Assembly (NCBI GenBank): GCA_038245255.1 | Contig: JBBRSQ010000003.1 | Location: 1-50,561 of the forward strand | Length of the DNA stretch: 50,561 nucleotides | Reading direction: 5' to 3' | Origin: Patescibacteria group bacterium | GTDB lineage: Bacteria > Patescibacteriota > Patescibacteriia > Patescibacteriales > UBA12465 | Made by a program: the position numbers and the translations under genes | In this document: piece by piece, positions 48,533 to 50,561 of the stretch | Layout: each line of letters opens with the position of its first letter | Numbering within the stretch: the first letter of the stretch is position 1 | The notes under the pieces: model-generated | Database searches by the model: none | The model's input: the letters and a program-made list of their open reading frames with translations, nothing else | Told to the model about the DNA's origin: nothing

Positions 48533-48923
48533 ATTTAAAAAAATAATTCAAGAGCCAGCAGAAATGTTGCGTATATTTTTAGCTTTAACCTTTCTTTCCG
48601 CAGGATTTTATAGAATCATTTTTCCTGACTTAGCAATTCTTGAATACGGTCAACTAAGTTTACCGCTTTTTTTATTACCAGTTATGGTAATTTTTGAAAT
48701 TGGTGTTGGCCTTGCCTTGCTGTTTAAGAAATTTACTAAATATATTTATTGGCTTCTAATTATATTTTTAATTGTCACATTATCCTGGGCACTAATACTT
48801 GATGGCTCAAACTTAGTGAAAGCAGCGGGAGAATTATTTGTTTTTAATTTAAATCCGACAGATTTTTTTCTTCATTTTGTTTTTTTATTTCTAGTTATTC
48901 TTTTAGTGATTAAAAAGAAGTAG
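48513..48923 (+). CDS. DoxX/MauE-like membrane protein
   Basis: LRIFLALTFLSAG and FEIGVGLALL; 4 TM; start could be 48564. Confidence 0.75.
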   Translation: MILENIKFKKIIQEPAEMLRIFLALTFLSAGFYRIIFPDLAILEYGQLSLPLFLLPVMVIFEIGVGLALLFKKFTKYIYWLLIIFLIVTLSWALILDGSNLVKAAGELFVFNLNPTDFFLHFVFLFLVILLVIKKK

Positions 48924-48949
48924 AGGGTAGTGAAAGTAAGATGTAAATA

Positions 48950-48977
48950 AAAAGGACAGATTAAAATCTGTCCTTTT
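48950..48977. terminator. Bidirectional terminator
   Basis: AAAAGGACAGATT-AA-AATCTGTCCTTTT. Confidence 0.75.
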
Positions 48978-48985
48978 ATTTATAG

Positions 48986-49057
48986 AGCGAGTAAGGGGAA
49001 TCGGACCCCTCTCATAAGGTTGGAAACCTTAGGTAATAACCACTATACGATACTCGC
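48986..49057 (-). tRNA. tRNA-Gly(TCC)
   Basis: Acceptor GCGAGTA/TACTCGC plus U73; anticodon arm TAAGG-TTTCCAA-CCTTA; T-loop TCCGATT. Confidence 0.94.
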
Positions 49058-49096
49058 AGTCGAATATATATTATAAAATTATGGACGCAAAGTCAA

Positions 49097-50278
49097 TTAT
49101 TTCGTATCTTTTATTGATGACACAAAAGCAAACCCGGAAAGAGTGAGAATGGCGACAATTAAAAAAAGATATTGTAAGGGGAAAACCGACAAAGTAATAA
49201 CCGCTAAAAGTGGCCCTAAAACATAACCTAGCGGCGCCGTTGTTCGAAAAATATTTATGTTATCAATATCGGTTGATTTTATAATTTGAAAAAAATAAGT
49301 CTCACGCATCGCTTCAACTAAAGCCGCCCCAGTACGGCTCATAAATAAAACTAAAGCCCAGATCCAGAAGCTGACAACGCTTAAGTAAAAGAATAGAAAA
49401 AGGGAGACGGTCAGGATAGTAAAGCCCAAAAATAGTAATTCTTTTTCGCCGATATATTTATCGGCTATTATTCCGGCCGGGATTTCAAAAATTAAGAAAG
49501 GGACTAACATTATCGAGAACATTAAACCTAATGATTCCCAAGCTATACCGAGGCTTTGGTGAAGGTAAAGAGGTAAATAGACGACAGCCGTACTGTAAAA
49601 TAACTGTAGGAGCAGAGAAATAAAAAATATACCCCGGAGATCTTTGTTCTTCCAGGTTTTTTTGATTACGCTGATAATTCTTTCTTTGCGATAAATAACT
49701 TTATCCTTGAGACGTCTGCCTTGATATAGAAAAACAAAAAAAACAGGGATGGTTAAGAAGGCGGCGATTAAATAAGGCAATTGATAATCGCCGAGTTGAA
49801 TTAAATAACCAGACAGTGAAGGGGCGAGTATCCAGCCAAGATTTATAAAAGTAAAATAGGTAGTTCTGGTTCTGCCAGTCGAGCCCGCCTTAGAAAATGA
49901 CGCAATTAGAACATCCATGTTTATCCAGAGCAAATTTGTTGAAACTGTAAAAAGGACAATAGAGATGAGCGCTGATGCCGGTCCTTTAGTAACGACAAAG
50001 CCTAATAAGGAAACGCCTTGAATAACTAAAACTATTTTTGTTAGAAAAAAATTACTTAAGGTTTTAATTAGTTTAGGAAATCCGATAATACAAAAAACCG
50101 TTAAAGTATTAGCAATGATAAAGAAGATACTTAAAGTGTCTAAACTAACAAATTCATTCAAAAAGTTTGACTGTATATAGGCTGGTAGAGCGGATGAAAC
50201 TGCGAGCACTAAGCCTAAAAAATATAAAATCACTAAACTTAATCGTCTTTTAAGATCAGATTTTTTTTGTTTTGGCAT
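49097..50278 (-). CDS. MFS transporter
   Basis: 12 hydrophobic segments; GIIADKYIGEK (motif A-like) and NLGWILAPSLSG. Confidence 0.92.
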   Translation of the reverse strand: MPKQKKSDLKRRLSLVILYFLGLVLAVSSALPAYIQSNFLNEFVSLDTLSIFFIIANTLTVFCIIGFPKLIKTLSNFFLTKIVLVIQGVSLLGFVVTKGPASALISIVLFTVSTNLLWINMDVLIASFSKAGSTGRTRTTYFTFINLGWILAPSLSGYLIQLGDYQLPYLIAAFLTIPVFFVFLYQGRRLKDKVIYRKERIISVIKKTWKNKDLRGIFFISLLLQLFYSTAVVYLPLYLHQSLGIAWESLGLMFSIMLVPFLIFEIPAGIIADKYIGEKELLFLGFTILTVSLFLFFYLSVVSFWIWALVLFMSRTGAALVEAMRETYFFQIIKSTDIDNINIFRTTAPLGYVLGPLLAVITLSVFPLQYLFLIVAILTLSGFAFVSSIKDTK

Positions 50279-50561
50279 TCGAATTGAAAATTAAGATAAA
50301 AACAGAAGAAAAAATAATTAAAATACTCATAAATTGCGGCCAGCGAAGGCCGAGAAGCATCGGCGCTTCGTCGATACGAATAAACTCAAGACTAAAGCGC
50401 AATATAGAATATGATATCATATAATAGGCTATGCTCCAAACAAAAAAAGTTTTGTTTAATCTTTTTTTTCTAATAAAGTAAACATTAAATATAACTAGTA
50501 AAATAAATATTAATAAAGAACCGATACTTTCGTATAAAAAAGTCGGATGGAAATAAGGGTT
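50256..50561 (-). CDS. lgt: Prolipoprotein diacylglyceryl transferase, C-terminal 101 aa (5' end outside the window)
   Basis: Hand translation NPYFHPTFLYESIG...YSILRFSLEFIRID...RWPQFMS...KKI*; HPxxLYE and RFxxEFxR signatures. Not in the ORF track. Confidence 0.92.
   Translation of the reverse strand, partial: NPYFHPTFLYESIGSLLIFILLVIFNVYFIRKKRLNKTFFVWSIAYYMISYSILRFSLEFIRIDEAPMLLGLRWPQFMSILIIFSSVFILIFNSNAKTKKI

Overview
This is an AT-rich bacterial chromosomal window in the standard genetic code that spans the likely replication origin. Gene content and order, a stand-alone 16S rRNA gene with several universal-primer mismatches, and a tRNA-Ile(UAU) point to a Patescibacteria/CPR organism (ABY1/Parcubacteria-like; inference). 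Most of it is housekeeping: PBP1A, dnaN, dnaA, rpmH-rnpA-yidD-yidC, valS, pheST, topA, dprA, pth, der, LCP, trpS, infC-rpmI-rplT-secG, rnj, trxB, a partial lgt, nine tRNAs and one 16S gene. I found no CRISPR array, integrase, transposase or phage gene. The most interesting signals are non-coding. (1) A 212-bp GC-rich ORF-less element is inserted in the 3' end of tRNA-His, with a duplicated tRNA end, an inverted copy of the T-arm and ssDNA-type hairpins. (2) An unannotated ~155-nt structured RNA has its own near-consensus promoter, preceded by two DnaA boxes. (3) A pair of parS-like 16-bp palindromes carry a non-canonical core. (4) All nine tRNA genes encode only C74 of CCA, and three have C55 T-loops. 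(5) The 16S gene would be head-on to the fork from the predicted oriC. On the coding side there is a UgtP-like GT / EamA / GH-A / GT2 / DoxX operon and two apparent pseudo-enzymes (DHH and DAGK folds). All calls were made by eye; no database search or folding program was run.
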